Part shown: one piece after another, positions 53,799 to 63,427 of the stretch
Layout: every line of letters starts with the position of its first letter
How positions within the stretch are numbered: position 1 is the first letter of the stretch
Assembly: GCA_902584365.1 (NCBI GenBank)
Contig: CACHZG010000004.1
Coordinates: 4,412-68,411, forward strand
From: an uncultured Pelagibacteraceae bacterium
Lineage (GTDB): Bacteria > Pseudomonadota > Alphaproteobacteria > Pelagibacterales > Pelagibacteraceae
Direction of reading: 5' to 3'
DNA length: 64,000 nt
Notes under the pieces: model-generated
Told to the model about the DNA's origin: nothing
What the model saw: only the letters and a program-made list of their open reading frames with translations
Database searches by the model: none
Position numbers and translations under genes: made by a program

Positions 53799-54350
53799 TT
53801 AGAATATACCTTTCTCAGTAAGAATATTATCAAGTTTAATGTCATTCCAAGAAGTAGGAATTTTTTTATATTTTTGAAATGAAAAAGCAATACCTAAGGT
53901 AAAAATATCTTTATTTTTTTTTAAAAAATGACTTAAAAATTTATCGTAATAACCTTTTCCGTACCCCAGTCTATTTTTTTTATCATCAAAGACCAATAAT
54001 GGTATTAGGATAACATCTGGGTTAACCTGATTATTAGTCACTATAGGTTCTAAGATACCATATTTATTAACCTGCATTATATTGGTTTTATTCCATTCAT
54101 AAAATTTAATTTGATCTTTTTTTACTTTAGGCAATGATATTATGCATCTTTTGAAAATTTCAAATTCTAGAATCTTTAAAACATTAACCTCATAAAGAAT
54201 TGGATAATATATACCAATAACTAGATTTTTTTTTTTTACTTTTTTTTTTATTATTTTTATTAATGGCATAAAAAAATTTTTTTTTATTGAATAATATTTC
54301 TTCTTCCTTAATTTGAAGTATTTTTTTCTTAGCAGCTCTTTTGATAACAT
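53799..54350 (-). CDS. ygfA: 5-formyltetrahydrofolate cyclo-ligase
   Basis: KYGILEP, IPL..FD...RLGYGKGYYD, DIKLD.I.TE. Confidence 0.93.
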   Translation of the reverse strand: MLSKELLRKKYFKLRKKKYYSIKKNFFMPLIKIIKKKVKKKNLVIGIYYPILYEVNVLKILEFEIFKRCIISLPKVKKDQIKFYEWNKTNIMQVNKYGILEPIVTNNQVNPDVILIPLLVFDDKKNRLGYGKGYYDKFLSHFLKKNKDIFTLGIAFSFQKYKKIPTSWNDIKLDNILTEKGIF

Positions 54351-54796
54351 TACTGAATTTTTGATATTGATTCAGTGTTTGAAATTATCTTTTCGAGAGA
54401 TTTTGTTGTTTTATCTAGCAAAGATTCATATAAATTATTACTGTCTTCAATGATGTTTTTAAACTTTTCAACATCATTATTTAAATTATTTATTTCATTA
54501 TCTTTGTTATCTTTGTATTTAATTGCTAGTGACTTAAGCTCGCTGAATTTTTTAGCTAATTCATCGATTTTGACTTTTTGTTTTGAAACTCTTTGTTTGA
54601 GATCAAAGTATTCATCAATTAATTGTATTGTCGTAATTAGAAGAAGCTTATTTTCACCAATATTTCCTAGCTTATCTTTTATCTCACTATATTTTTTATC
54701 TAAGTACTTTGTTAAACTTTTTAGCGACTCTTCCTGCCCATCGTCGCAGGAGAGTAGATAATCTTTGTTGTTAAACTTAATATTTACGTTCGCCAT
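54350..54796 (-). CDS. zapA: Cell division protein ZapA
   Basis: MANVNIKFNNKDYLLSCDDGQEE followed by coiled coil. Confidence 0.88.
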   Translation of the reverse strand: MANVNIKFNNKDYLLSCDDGQEESLKSLTKYLDKKYSEIKDKLGNIGENKLLLITTIQLIDEYFDLKQRVSKQKVKIDELAKKFSELKSLAIKYKDNKDNEINNLNNDVEKFKNIIEDSNNLYESLLDKTTKSLEKIISNTESISKIQ

Positions 54797-55113
54797 TTAT
54801 CTACTTCCTCATATAAATTTTGTGTTTCTTGACTAATTTCCTCAATTTCTTGATTGAATTCATTTTCTAAGTTTATTTTTTTTTTTAAGTCTTTTTTTAA
54901 TTTTTCAATTTTGTTTTTTAAATACTTATGCTCTCTAATTAGTTCTTGATTTTTTTTTTCAATTTCCTGCTTTTGCTTTAAAATTTTGCTCTTTTCACTT
55001 AAAATATTATCTGTTTGGTATGTAGACTGTGAATAAGTTGATGTTAATGCGTTTAATTTATCAATTAGTTTGTATAAATTTTTTTCTTTTTCTTCTAAAT
55101 TATTCATAAACAT
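54784..55113 (-). CDS. Coiled-coil protein upstream of zapA (ZapB/ZauP-like by position)
   Basis: Heptad-rich 109 aa, overlaps the zapA start. Confidence 0.6.
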   Translation of the reverse strand: MFMNNLEEKEKNLYKLIDKLNALTSTYSQSTYQTDNILSEKSKILKQKQEIEKKNQELIREHKYLKNKIEKLKKDLKKKINLENEFNQEIEEISQETQNLYEEVDKWRT

Positions 55114-55165
55114 TTATATCATAATATTGATATACTTAGTTTAAGTATATATAGGTAATTTTGTA

Positions 55166-57151
55166 GTGACAGTAAAATTTAATCATTTATCAAACGCAAT
55201 AAGATTTTTATCAATTGATGCTGTGCAAAAAGCTAATTCTGGTCATCCAGGAATGCCAATGGGTATGGCGGATGTTGCAACTGTGTTATTTAAATACCAC
55301 CTGAGGTTTAATCCAGAAAATCCTGAATGGATAAACAGGGATAGGTTTATATTATCAGCAGGACATGGATCAATGTTGTTATATTCTCTTTTATATCTGA
55401 CAGGTTATAAAAGTATATCAATAGATGACATAAAAAATTTCAGACAACTTAATTCTATTTGTGCTGGCCATCCTGAATATAAAAAAGGCTCAGGTATCGA
55501 GACTACTACGGGCCCCCTAGGTCAAGGTTTAGGCAATGCAGTTGGTATGGCGATTGCAGAAGAAATTCTAAGAAACAGACTTGGAAAAAATATTTTAGAT
55601 AATAGAACTTTTGTTATTGCAAGTGACGGTGATTTAATGGAAGGGATCAGTCATGAGGCAATGAGTCTAGCTGGGCATTTAAAACTTAAAAACTTAATCA
55701 TACTTTTTGATAATAATAAAATTTCAATCGATGGTCCAACCTCATTAAGTGTGTCCGACAATTATAAAAAAAGATTTGAAGGTTATGGCTGGGATTTTCA
55801 AGAAATAAACGGTCATAACGAGAAACAAATTTCTAAAGCAATTTTAAAAGCCACAAAAACAAATAAACCTTCTATAATATCCTGTAAAACCGTTATTGGA
55901 TTTGGATCGCCGAATAAATCAGGTAAGTCTTCATCTCACGGTTCACCGCTTGGAGATGATGAAATTAAATTAGTTAGAAAAAAATTAAAATGGTCTTATG
56001 AGCCTTTTTTTATCCCAGAAGCCATTTTATCGACCTGGAGAGAAATAGGAAAAAGAGGTGCTGAACAAGAGAGAGAGTGGTTAAAAGTTTTAGAAAAAAA
56101 AGATGAAAAGACCAAGACGCAGCTGACAAACATATACTCAAAATCTAGTTTAATGAATTTAGATGAAATCATTTTAGAAAAGAAAAAGGAATTCTCAAAC
56201 ACAAAACCTAGTATGGCAACAAGGCAATGTTCTTCCTCTACAATAGAAAGTATATCTAAAATCTTACCCCAATTAATCGGCGGTTCAGCAGATCTTAGTG
56301 GATCAAATAATACTAAAACTAGTAACTCTATTGTTATTAATGCTAAAAACTTTAAAGGTAATTATATTCATTATGGAGTAAGGGAACATGGGATGTCCGC
56401 TATAATGAATGGGCTGGCCCTATATAGTGGACTTATACCTTTTGGAGGAACTTTTCTAATTTTTTCTGATTATTGCAAACCATCAATTCGTTTATCTGCA
56501 TTGATGAAATTAAGAGTAATTTATATTTTTTCCCACGACTCAATAGGTCTTGGAGAAGATGGACCAACTCATCAACCCATAGAACAGCTAGCAGGATTGC
56601 GTGCAATTCCAAATCTAAAAGTTTTTAGACCAGCTGATATTAATGAAACTTTGGAGTGTTGGCAAATAGCATTAAAGACTTTGGATGGACCAAGTGCCAT
56701 TGCCTTATCTAGACAAAAATTACCATATATAAGTAATAATTTTTCTGAAGACAATAAGTGTGAAAAAGGGGCATACGTTGTAAATATTACTTCTCATGAT
56801 TATAAAACAATTTTAATTGCTTCTGGGTCAGAGGTTGAATTAGCACTAAAAGTTCAAGAGTCTTTGCTTAAAAGTGGCATTAATTCAAAAGTAGTCTCTA
56901 TGCCGTGTCAGGAGCTATTCGAAATCCAAAGCAATGAATACAAAAAAAATATTTTAGATGACGAATCTTTGATTGTCACAATAGAAGCAGGAGAAACCTC
57001 TAATTGGAAAAAATATTTAAGGGGGAATGGTATTTCTTTTGGTATAGACAGATTTGGGGAAAGCGCTCCATATAAAGAGATTTATAATAGTTTAAATTTG
57101 TCTGAAGACAAAATTGTTTCGGAAATACAAAATAGATTAAGAAGTCAATAG
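55166..57151 (+). CDS. tkt: Transketolase
   Basis: SGHPGMPMG, RDRFILSAGH, TGPLGQG, DGDLMEG, HDSIGLGEDGPTHQP. Confidence 0.98.
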   Translation: MTVKFNHLSNAIRFLSIDAVQKANSGHPGMPMGMADVATVLFKYHLRFNPENPEWINRDRFILSAGHGSMLLYSLLYLTGYKSISIDDIKNFRQLNSICAGHPEYKKGSGIETTTGPLGQGLGNAVGMAIAEEILRNRLGKNILDNRTFVIASDGDLMEGISHEAMSLAGHLKLKNLIILFDNNKISIDGPTSLSVSDNYKKRFEGYGWDFQEINGHNEKQISKAILKATKTNKPSIISCKTVIGFGSPNKSGKSSSHGSPLGDDEIKLVRKKLKWSYEPFFIPEAILSTWREIGKRGAEQEREWLKVLEKKDEKTKTQLTNIYSKSSLMNLDEIILEKKKEFSNTKPSMATRQCSSSTIESISKILPQLIGGSADLSGSNNTKTSNSIVINAKNFKGNYIHYGVREHGMSAIMNGLALYSGLIPFGGTFLIFSDYCKPSIRLSALMKLRVIYIFSHDSIGLGEDGPTHQPIEQLAGLRAIPNLKVFRPADINETLECWQIALKTLDGPSAIALSRQKLPYISNNFSEDNKCEKGAYVVNITSHDYKTILIASGSEVELALKVQESLLKSGINSKVVSMPCQELFEIQSNEYKKNILDDESLIVTIEAGETSNWKKYLRGNGISFGIDRFGESAPYKEIYNSLNLSEDKIVSEIQNRLRSQ

Positions 57152-57158
57152 AAACTTG

Positions 57159-58349
57159 ATGAAAAGTATTAAATATTTCGATGATCAAGTTGCGGTCAAT
57201 AACAAACTTGTAATTTTAAGATTAGATTTAAATGTTCCTATAAAAGATAAAAAAATTCAAGATTTTACTCGAATAGATTTATGTTTGCCTCTAATTAAAA
57301 ATTTATCTAAAAAAAAAGCTAAAGTTATAATAATAAGTCACCTTGGTCGTCCTAAAGGGGAAAAAGAATTAAAATTCTCACTTAAACCAGTTTTCGATTA
57401 TTTAAAGAAAAAATTAGTTTCTAATATATTTTTTCATACAGAGGAAATAAACAATGATACAAAAAGCAAACTCTCTTTTTTAAAAGAAGGTGAAGTTGTC
57501 CTAATTGAAAATATTAGGTTTTATCAAAGTGAGTTAAAAGATGATATTAATTTTGCTAAAAATCTAGCCTCTCTAGGAGAGGTTTTTATTAATGATGCCT
57601 TTTCCTGCTCTCATAGAAAACAAGCCTCTATACATAACATAGTAAATTATATGGACAAAAAATTTGGTGGACCATTATTGTACAAAGAAGTGGAGTCTAT
57701 TAATAAAGTTTTAGACAATGGTGAAAACCCTGTCACTTGTATTATTGGAGGTTCTAAAATTTCTACAAAGATTAATGTCCTTAATAACCTTGTTGAAAAA
57801 GTTGATAACATAATTATTATTGGAGCGATGGCAAATAATTTTTTGAGATATAATGGAGTAAATATTGGAAAATCTATAGTTGAAGATAACTCAGATGAAA
57901 TAATTAAAAAAATTTTTTCAAATTCAAAGAAAGGTAATTGTAAAATTGTTATCCCAGAAGACTGCGTAATTTCTAAAAATTTTGATGGCTCAGGAACTAA
58001 TAAAGATCTTAGCTTAATTAAAGATGACGAAATGATTTTAGACATAGGTTTTAAAACCGTAAAAAAAATAAATGATATTATAGATAAAACTAAAACAATT
58101 TTATGGAATGGTCCTGCTGGTTACTTTGAAAACAAAAGCTTCTTGAATGGAACGTTATCAATTGCTAGAAAAATTTCTGAGAATACGGAAAAGAAATCGT
58201 TAATCTCAATTGTGGGAGGCGGTGATACAATATCTGCTATTAACAAAAGTGAAAAAAAATATAATTTTACTCACATATCAACAGCGGGTGGGGCTTTTTT
58301 GGAATTTTTAGAGGGAAAAGACTTGCCTGGCCTCAATGTTTTAAAATAA
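57159..58349 (+). CDS. pgk: Phosphoglycerate kinase
   Basis: RLDLNVP, SHLGRP, NDAF, WNGPAG, GGGDT, STAGGAFLEFLEG. Confidence 0.96.
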   Translation: MKSIKYFDDQVAVNNKLVILRLDLNVPIKDKKIQDFTRIDLCLPLIKNLSKKKAKVIIISHLGRPKGEKELKFSLKPVFDYLKKKLVSNIFFHTEEINNDTKSKLSFLKEGEVVLIENIRFYQSELKDDINFAKNLASLGEVFINDAFSCSHRKQASIHNIVNYMDKKFGGPLLYKEVESINKVLDNGENPVTCIIGGSKISTKINVLNNLVEKVDNIIIIGAMANNFLRYNGVNIGKSIVEDNSDEIIKKIFSNSKKGNCKIVIPEDCVISKNFDGSGTNKDLSLIKDDEMILDIGFKTVKKINDIIDKTKTILWNGPAGYFENKSFLNGTLSIARKISENTEKKSLISIVGGGDTISAINKSEKKYNFTHISTAGGAFLEFLEGKDLPGLNVLK

Positions 58350-58358
58350 ATAATAAAT

Positions 58359-59375
58359 ATGAATTTAGAAGAAACTGCAAAAAAAATGTGCCAAAAAGGT
58401 AAGGGTATATTAGCCGCTGATGAAAGCACTGGCACAATTGAAAAAAGATTTAAAACTATAAATGTAGAAAACACTGAGATTAATAGAGTTTCTTTCAGAG
58501 AAACTCTTTTTAGCTCACAAGCAATGAAAAATTACATAGGTGGCGTAATTTTATTTGATGAAACGATCAGACAAAAAAGCTCAAGGGGAATTCCAATACC
58601 AGAATTAATAAAGAATAATGGTGCTATACCTGGTATAAAAGTTGATAAAGGGGCAAAAAAATTAGCTGGTTCAACTGATGAAACTATTACAGAAGGATTG
58701 GACGGGCTAAGAGAAAGACTTAAAGAATATTATGATTTAGGTGCAAGATTTACCAAATGGAGAGCAGTTTATAAAATAACTTCTAACTTTCCTTCCCTAC
58801 AATGTATTAAATCTAATGCACATGCACTTGCTCGCTATGCATCACTTGTTCAAGAAGCAAATATGGTCCCAATAGTTGAGCCTGAAGTTCTAATGGATGG
58901 CGATCATGATATAGAAAAGTGTTTTCAAGTAACTGCAAATGTTCTTAATGAATGTTATAATGAACTAGCATTACATAAAGTAAATTTAAGAGGCACAGTA
59001 TTAAAGCCAAATATGATTCTTCCAGGCATAGAATGCGGAAATAAAGTTAGCTCAACTGAAATTGCTCAAAAAACCATCCAATGTTTAAAAAAAAATGTGC
59101 CGGACTCTGTCCCTGGGATTGCCTTTTTATCTGGTGGGCAATCTGAAATTGAGTCAAGTAGAAACTTAAATGAAATCAATAAAATAAATAACACAAGTTT
59201 TGTCTTTACATTTTCTTACGGAAGAGGGCTTCAGGCAAGCGCATTGAAAGCTTTTGGTCAAAATAAAAAGGATATTAAAAATATTCAAAATAAGTTCAAT
59301 CATAGGGCAAAAATGAATGGTCTTTCCTCAAGTGGTAAATGGTCTGAAGATCTAGAGGATCAATCGGTAGCTTAA
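58359..59375 (+). CDS. Fructose-bisphosphate aldolase class I
   Basis: GILAADES, GIKVDKG, KWRAV, PIVEPE, LKPNM, FLSGGQ, FSYGRGLQ. Confidence 0.96.
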   Translation: MNLEETAKKMCQKGKGILAADESTGTIEKRFKTINVENTEINRVSFRETLFSSQAMKNYIGGVILFDETIRQKSSRGIPIPELIKNNGAIPGIKVDKGAKKLAGSTDETITEGLDGLRERLKEYYDLGARFTKWRAVYKITSNFPSLQCIKSNAHALARYASLVQEANMVPIVEPEVLMDGDHDIEKCFQVTANVLNECYNELALHKVNLRGTVLKPNMILPGIECGNKVSSTEIAQKTIQCLKKNVPDSVPGIAFLSGGQSEIESSRNLNEINKINNTSFVFTFSYGRGLQASALKAFGQNKKDIKNIQNKFNHRAKMNGLSSSGKWSEDLEDQSVA

Positions 59376-59379
59376 ATAA

Positions 59380-59982
59380 TTGAAGAAATTTATATATCTC
59401 ATTTCACCTTACAAAATTAATAAAAATTTTTATAATTCTTTAAAAAAAGTTTTAAGCTCCAAAAAAGTTCAATATTTTCAATTAAGGTTAAAAAATCAAA
59501 AAAAGAAAAAAATTATTCAAATTTCAAAAAAGATTATTAAAATAACAAAATTTTATAACGTAAAATTTATCATTAATGATAACCATAATTTAGTAAAAGA
59601 AATTGATGCAGATGGTTGTCACTTAGGGCAATCAGATGGTAATATTTTGAAAATAAGAAAAAGAATTAAAAACAAAGTTATAGGTGTTACTTGTCATAAT
59701 TCCAAAAGACTCGCAAAAAAAGCTAAAGCCATTGGCGCGTCATATGTAGCTTTTGGATCTTTTTATAAATCAAAACTAAAGCCGAATGCAAAAAAAGCTA
59801 ATACTAAAATATTATCATGGGCCAAAAAAAAACTTAATTTACCTATTGTTGCTATTGGTGGAATTAATAATAAAAATTATAAGAATCTAATTAAACAGGG
59901 TGCTAATTATATTGCATTATCCTCTTTTATTTGGGATAACCCAAAATTAAAACCAGATAAAGCTATAAAGGTATTTATATGA
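59380..59982 (+). CDS. thiE: Thiamine-phosphate synthase family protein
   Basis: QLRLK, FIIND, DGCHLGQSD, VAIGGI; conserved fba-thiE-efp-suhB order. Confidence 0.85.
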   Translation: MKKFIYLISPYKINKNFYNSLKKVLSSKKVQYFQLRLKNQKKKKIIQISKKIIKITKFYNVKFIINDNHNLVKEIDADGCHLGQSDGNILKIRKRIKNKVIGVTCHNSKRLAKKAKAIGASYVAFGSFYKSKLKPNAKKANTKILSWAKKKLNLPIVAIGGINNKNYKNLIKQGANYIALSSFIWDNPKLKPDKAIKVFI

Positions 59983-60545
59983 AGATCGCTGCAAATGAGG
60001 TAAAGCCAGGAATGATAATTGAGCATAAAAATGACTATTGGAATGTTTTAAAGACTCAGCATGTTAAACCCGGAAAAGGTGGTGCATTTAATCAAATTGA
60101 GCTTAAAAGTGTAATTAAAGGCACGAAACTTAACGAAAGATTCAGATCAAATGAAACAATAGAAAAAGCAGAGGTAGATGAAAAAAAATTTGGCTTTCTT
60201 TATTCAGACGATAACAATTGTCATTTTATGGATAAAACAACTTTTGAGCAGATTGAGATATCAAAATCAACTGTAGGTGAAAGACATAAATTGTTAATTG
60301 AAAATCTTGAGGTATCAATAATGTTTATGGATGAAAAACCAATTTCAGTCGAACTGCCGATTAATATAGAGTGTAAAATCGAGACTACAGATGCAGCTAT
60401 TAAAAATCAAACTGCATCTTCGTCCTATAAACCTGCAATTTTAGATTGTGGGATAAAAATAAATGTTCCTCCGTTCGTTGAAAGTGGTGAAAGAGTTTTA
60501 ATTGATAGTAGGAGTTTAGAATACATTAAAAGAGTCAATGAATGA
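59979..60545 (+). CDS. efp: Elongation factor P
   Basis: HVKPGKGGAF, KPA, VPPFV. Confidence 0.96.
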   Translation: MKIAANEVKPGMIIEHKNDYWNVLKTQHVKPGKGGAFNQIELKSVIKGTKLNERFRSNETIEKAEVDEKKFGFLYSDDNNCHFMDKTTFEQIEISKSTVGERHKLLIENLEVSIMFMDEKPISVELPINIECKIETTDAAIKNQTASSSYKPAILDCGIKINVPPFVESGERVLIDSRSLEYIKRVNE

Positions 60546-61342
60546 AATTAGACTCTCCTATAATTAATATTTTAGTAAAAACATGTCTTAAAGCTTGCAA
60601 ACCTCTAATTAGAGATTTTGGTGAAATTGAAAATCTACAAGTTTCTTCAAAGGGTCCAGGGGATTTTGTTTCTTCGTCTGATAAGAGAACGGAGGAAATA
60701 ATTATAAACGAATTGCAGAGAGCGAGGCCAGACTTTGAAATTATATCAGAAGAGTCTGGATTAATAAAAAATTCTAATTCTGAAAAAAAATGGATAATAG
60801 ATCCTATAGACGGAACAGCCAATTTCTTAAATGGAATTCCACATTTTGCTATCTCTATTGGATACGAGGAATTAAGTGAAATAAAATGTGGTGTAATTTT
60901 TGATCCAATCAAAAATGAAATGTTTGTAGCTGAGAAGGGTAATGGAGCATATTTAAACAATAAAAGAATTCGAGTATCTAAAAAGAAAAAATTTGATGAA
61001 ACTCTTATAGTCACAGGAGGACCTAAATATTATAGTAAAATGAAAGAACAAATATTTGAAGAATATGTGTCTCTTTCAAAAAAACTTCACATGCCTCTAA
61101 GAAAGTCTGGCAGTGCAGCTTTGGACATAGCGTATGTATCATCTGGAAGATTTGATGGATATTGGCAAAGAGAATTAAATTATTGGGACATTGCCGCTGG
61201 AGTAATAATTATAAAAGAAGCTGGAGGATTTATTAAAGTTTTTAACAATAAAAAAAATGATAAAAAAAAAGATATATTTGCTTCAAATTCTCTTATTCAT
61301 GAGGAATTGATTGGCTTTTTTGAAAAGAAAAATATTGAGTAA
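60542..61342 (+). CDS. suhB: Inositol monophosphatase family SuhB
   Basis: WIIDPIDGTANF, GSAALD, WDIAAG. Confidence 0.94.
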   Translation: MKLDSPIINILVKTCLKACKPLIRDFGEIENLQVSSKGPGDFVSSSDKRTEEIIINELQRARPDFEIISEESGLIKNSNSEKKWIIDPIDGTANFLNGIPHFAISIGYEELSEIKCGVIFDPIKNEMFVAEKGNGAYLNNKRIRVSKKKKFDETLIVTGGPKYYSKMKEQIFEEYVSLSKKLHMPLRKSGSAALDIAYVSSGRFDGYWQRELNYWDIAAGVIIIKEAGGFIKVFNNKKNDKKKDIFASNSLIHEELIGFFEKKNIE

Positions 61343-61370
61343 GTCCATTTAATAATATAAAAACCCTCAT

Positions 61371-61592
61371 ATGAAAAAAAGTATACATCCAAATTATCAT
61401 AAAATAAAAGTTGTCATGACAGATGGATCAGAGTTTGAAACTAGATCTACTTGGGGGAAAGAAAATGATACTTTAAAGCTTGATATAGATCCAAAATCTC
61501 ATTTTGCTTGGACCGGAGGCTCGCAAAAAATTTTAGATAAAGGAAGAGTTAGCAAGTATAATAAAAAGTTTAGTAATCTTAGAAAAAAATAA
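61371..61592 (+). CDS. rpmE: 50S ribosomal protein L31 (Cys-free)
   Basis: [23 protein letters not shown]. Confidence 0.96.
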   Translation: MKKSIHPNYHKIKVVMTDGSEFETRSTWGKENDTLKLDIDPKSHFAWTGGSQKILDKGRVSKYNKKFSNLRKK

Positions 61593-61599
61593 AATTATT

Positions 61600-62196
61600 A
61601 TGACAGACTCACCATTTATGCCTAAGGCTACAGCAGTTTGGTTAGTAGAAAATACTACTCTTACATTTAAACAAATTGCAAAATTTTGTAACCTTCATGA
61701 GCTAGAAGTCAAAGGTATTGCTGATGGCGATGTTGCTAAGGGTATTAAAGCTTATAATCCAATTTTAGCTGGTCAGCTATCCAGAGACGAAATAGATGAA
61801 TGTTCTAAAAATCCCGAACGAAATTTGAAGTTAACAAAAAAAAATGAGGAAATTAAAATAAGAGATAGGAAGAAACCAAAATATACTCCTCTTTCAAAAA
61901 GACAAGATCGACCAGATGCAATTTTGTGGCTTTGTAAAAATGCTTCGGTATTAACAGATGGACAAATTTCTAAACTTGTGGGAAGCACTAAGGGAACCGT
62001 GTCTCTAATAAGAAAAAGAAATTATTGGAACTTTTCAAATTTAAAACCCAGAGATCCAGTGATACTATCTTTATGTACTCAAGATAATTTTCAAAAAGCC
62101 ATCGAAAAAGCCACTAGAAGATTAGAAAGAGAAAAAAAGGCTAAAATAAGAGAAGAAAAAAAACTTCTGAAAGAAAAAGAAAATTTAAGCGCTTAA
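61600..62196 (+). CDS. DUF1013-family alphaproteobacterial protein (TrcR-like)
   Basis: MPKATAVWLVENT.LTF.QIA.FC.LH.LEV, YTPLSKRQDRPDAI. Confidence 0.9.
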   Translation: MTDSPFMPKATAVWLVENTTLTFKQIAKFCNLHELEVKGIADGDVAKGIKAYNPILAGQLSRDEIDECSKNPERNLKLTKKNEEIKIRDRKKPKYTPLSKRQDRPDAILWLCKNASVLTDGQISKLVGSTKGTVSLIRKRNYWNFSNLKPRDPVILSLCTQDNFQKAIEKATRRLEREKKAKIREEKKLLKEKENLSA

Positions 62197-62275
62197 TTCA
62201 AAATTTATTATTAATGCCTATCTGGACAATCTGCTAGTTAAATGGTAATTACGCTAAAATTAACAGGAGGTTATT

Positions 62276-62470
62276 ATTAAAATAGAGGTAAAAGATAACA
62301 ACGTAGAACAAGCTATAAGAGTTCTTAAAAGAAAATTACAGAGAGAGGGTTTTTATAAAACTATGAAGATTAAAAGTGTTTATGAGAAACCATCTGAAAA
62401 AAAGAAAAGAATAAAGTTAGAAAACTTTAAAAGAATCAAAAAATTACAAAAATTAAAAAATAGATATTAA
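62276..62470 (+). CDS. rpsU: 30S ribosomal protein S21, apparent ATT start (not in ORF track)
   Basis: (M)KIEVKDNNVEQAIRVLKRKLQREGFYKTMKIKSVYEKPSEKKKR; SD AGGAGG 62265-62270; in-frame TAA at 62261. Confidence 0.92.
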   Translation: MKIEVKDNNVEQAIRVLKRKLQREGFYKTMKIKSVYEKPSEKKKRIKLENFKRIKKLQKLKNRY

Positions 62471-62493
62471 TGTATTTTGAAATTGGAGGAAAA

Positions 62494-62700
62494 ATGCCTT
62501 TAGGCAAGATTAAATGGTTTGACTCAAAAAAGGGTTATGGTTTTATTAAAGAGGACAAGACTGATAGAGATATTTTTTTACATGTAACTGAACTTGAAAA
62601 TTCGAGACTGAAAGTTTTAAAAGAGGAACAAAAATTAAAATTTGATATAAAGGAAGAAAAAAATAAACTTCAGGCTATCAATTTAAAAAAAGCAAAATAG
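62494..62700 (+). CDS. Cold-shock domain protein
   Basis: GKIKWFD, RNP1 KGYGFI, RNP2 IFLH; GGAGGA SD before ATG 62494. Confidence 0.93.
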   Translation: MPLGKIKWFDSKKGYGFIKEDKTDRDIFLHVTELENSRLKVLKEEQKLKFDIKEEKNKLQAINLKKAK

Positions 62701-62777
<77 letters not shown>

Positions 62778-62779
62778 AT

Positions 62780-63427
62780 TTAATAATTAAACATAATTAT
62801 ACTGAATGGAACATAAAACAATAAACTTACAAAAAAATAATTCCATTCAATAATATTTTTTAGGTTATATGGATAATCAAATAATGGGTTTACCCAAGGT
62901 GATCCAACAATTATAAATATAAACATTATAATTAATATCAATAAGCATATATTAAAACTAATGTTCATCACTGTAGACTTTTGAATTTTATTAATATTGC
63001 TTTTTAAAAATAGAAAAGTTGATAAGTGGGCTATCAATACAGTAAGCAAATACATTATTATAGACAATCTTCTTAACAGATCACTAAAATTAAAAACATT
63101 ATTACCTAAAAAATAAAGATAACAAACCAAAGCAATATTCATTAATAATCCAATCACAAGCAAATTATTTTTATACCTTATTCTTTTCAAAAAATTTGAA
63201 AGACTATAATAGAAAAAAAGCGATAAAAATGAATATATTAAAAATGAAGTCTTAAAAAAAACAATATTGTAGTCTTGCCTACCTATTAAACTAACAGAAA
63301 CGGTTCCATCAAAAAATGGAAAAAAAAATTCTTTCTTGAATTCGGAGTGATTATTTAGACAAATAAACAAAATAATACAAGGAAACAAAAATAAAATAAC
63401 TGAGTTAAGAGAAATAAATTTATTCAA
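62780..63427 (-). CDS. Polytopic membrane protein, possibly Frag1/DRAM/Sfk1-like
   Basis: About six hydrophobic segments, PFFDGTVSVSLIGR near the N-terminus and NIIEW near the C-terminus. Confidence 0.55.
   Translation of the reverse strand: MNKFISLNSVILFLFPCIILFICLNNHSEFKKEFFFPFFDGTVSVSLIGRQDYNIVFFKTSFLIYSFLSLFFYYSLSNFLKRIRYKNNLLVIGLLMNIALVCYLYFLGNNVFNFSDLLRRLSIIMYLLTVLIAHLSTFLFLKSNINKIQKSTVMNISFNICLLILIIMFIFIIVGSPWVNPLFDYPYNLKNIIEWNYFFVSLLFYVPFSIIMFNY

Noticed and set aside
54227-54290. Long A/T homopolymer runs as phase-variation sites (here and throughout)
   Set aside because: They encode Lys runs in intact frames and are normal for this base composition
62242-62280. 12-codon upstream ORF (MVITLKLTGGYY*) whose SD-TAT-TAA end resembles a prfB-like +1 frameshift into rpsU
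   Set aside because: A +1 shift from TAT to ATT gives no tRNA re-pairing, and the S21 alignment starts cleanly at ATT 62276; direct ATT initiation is simpler
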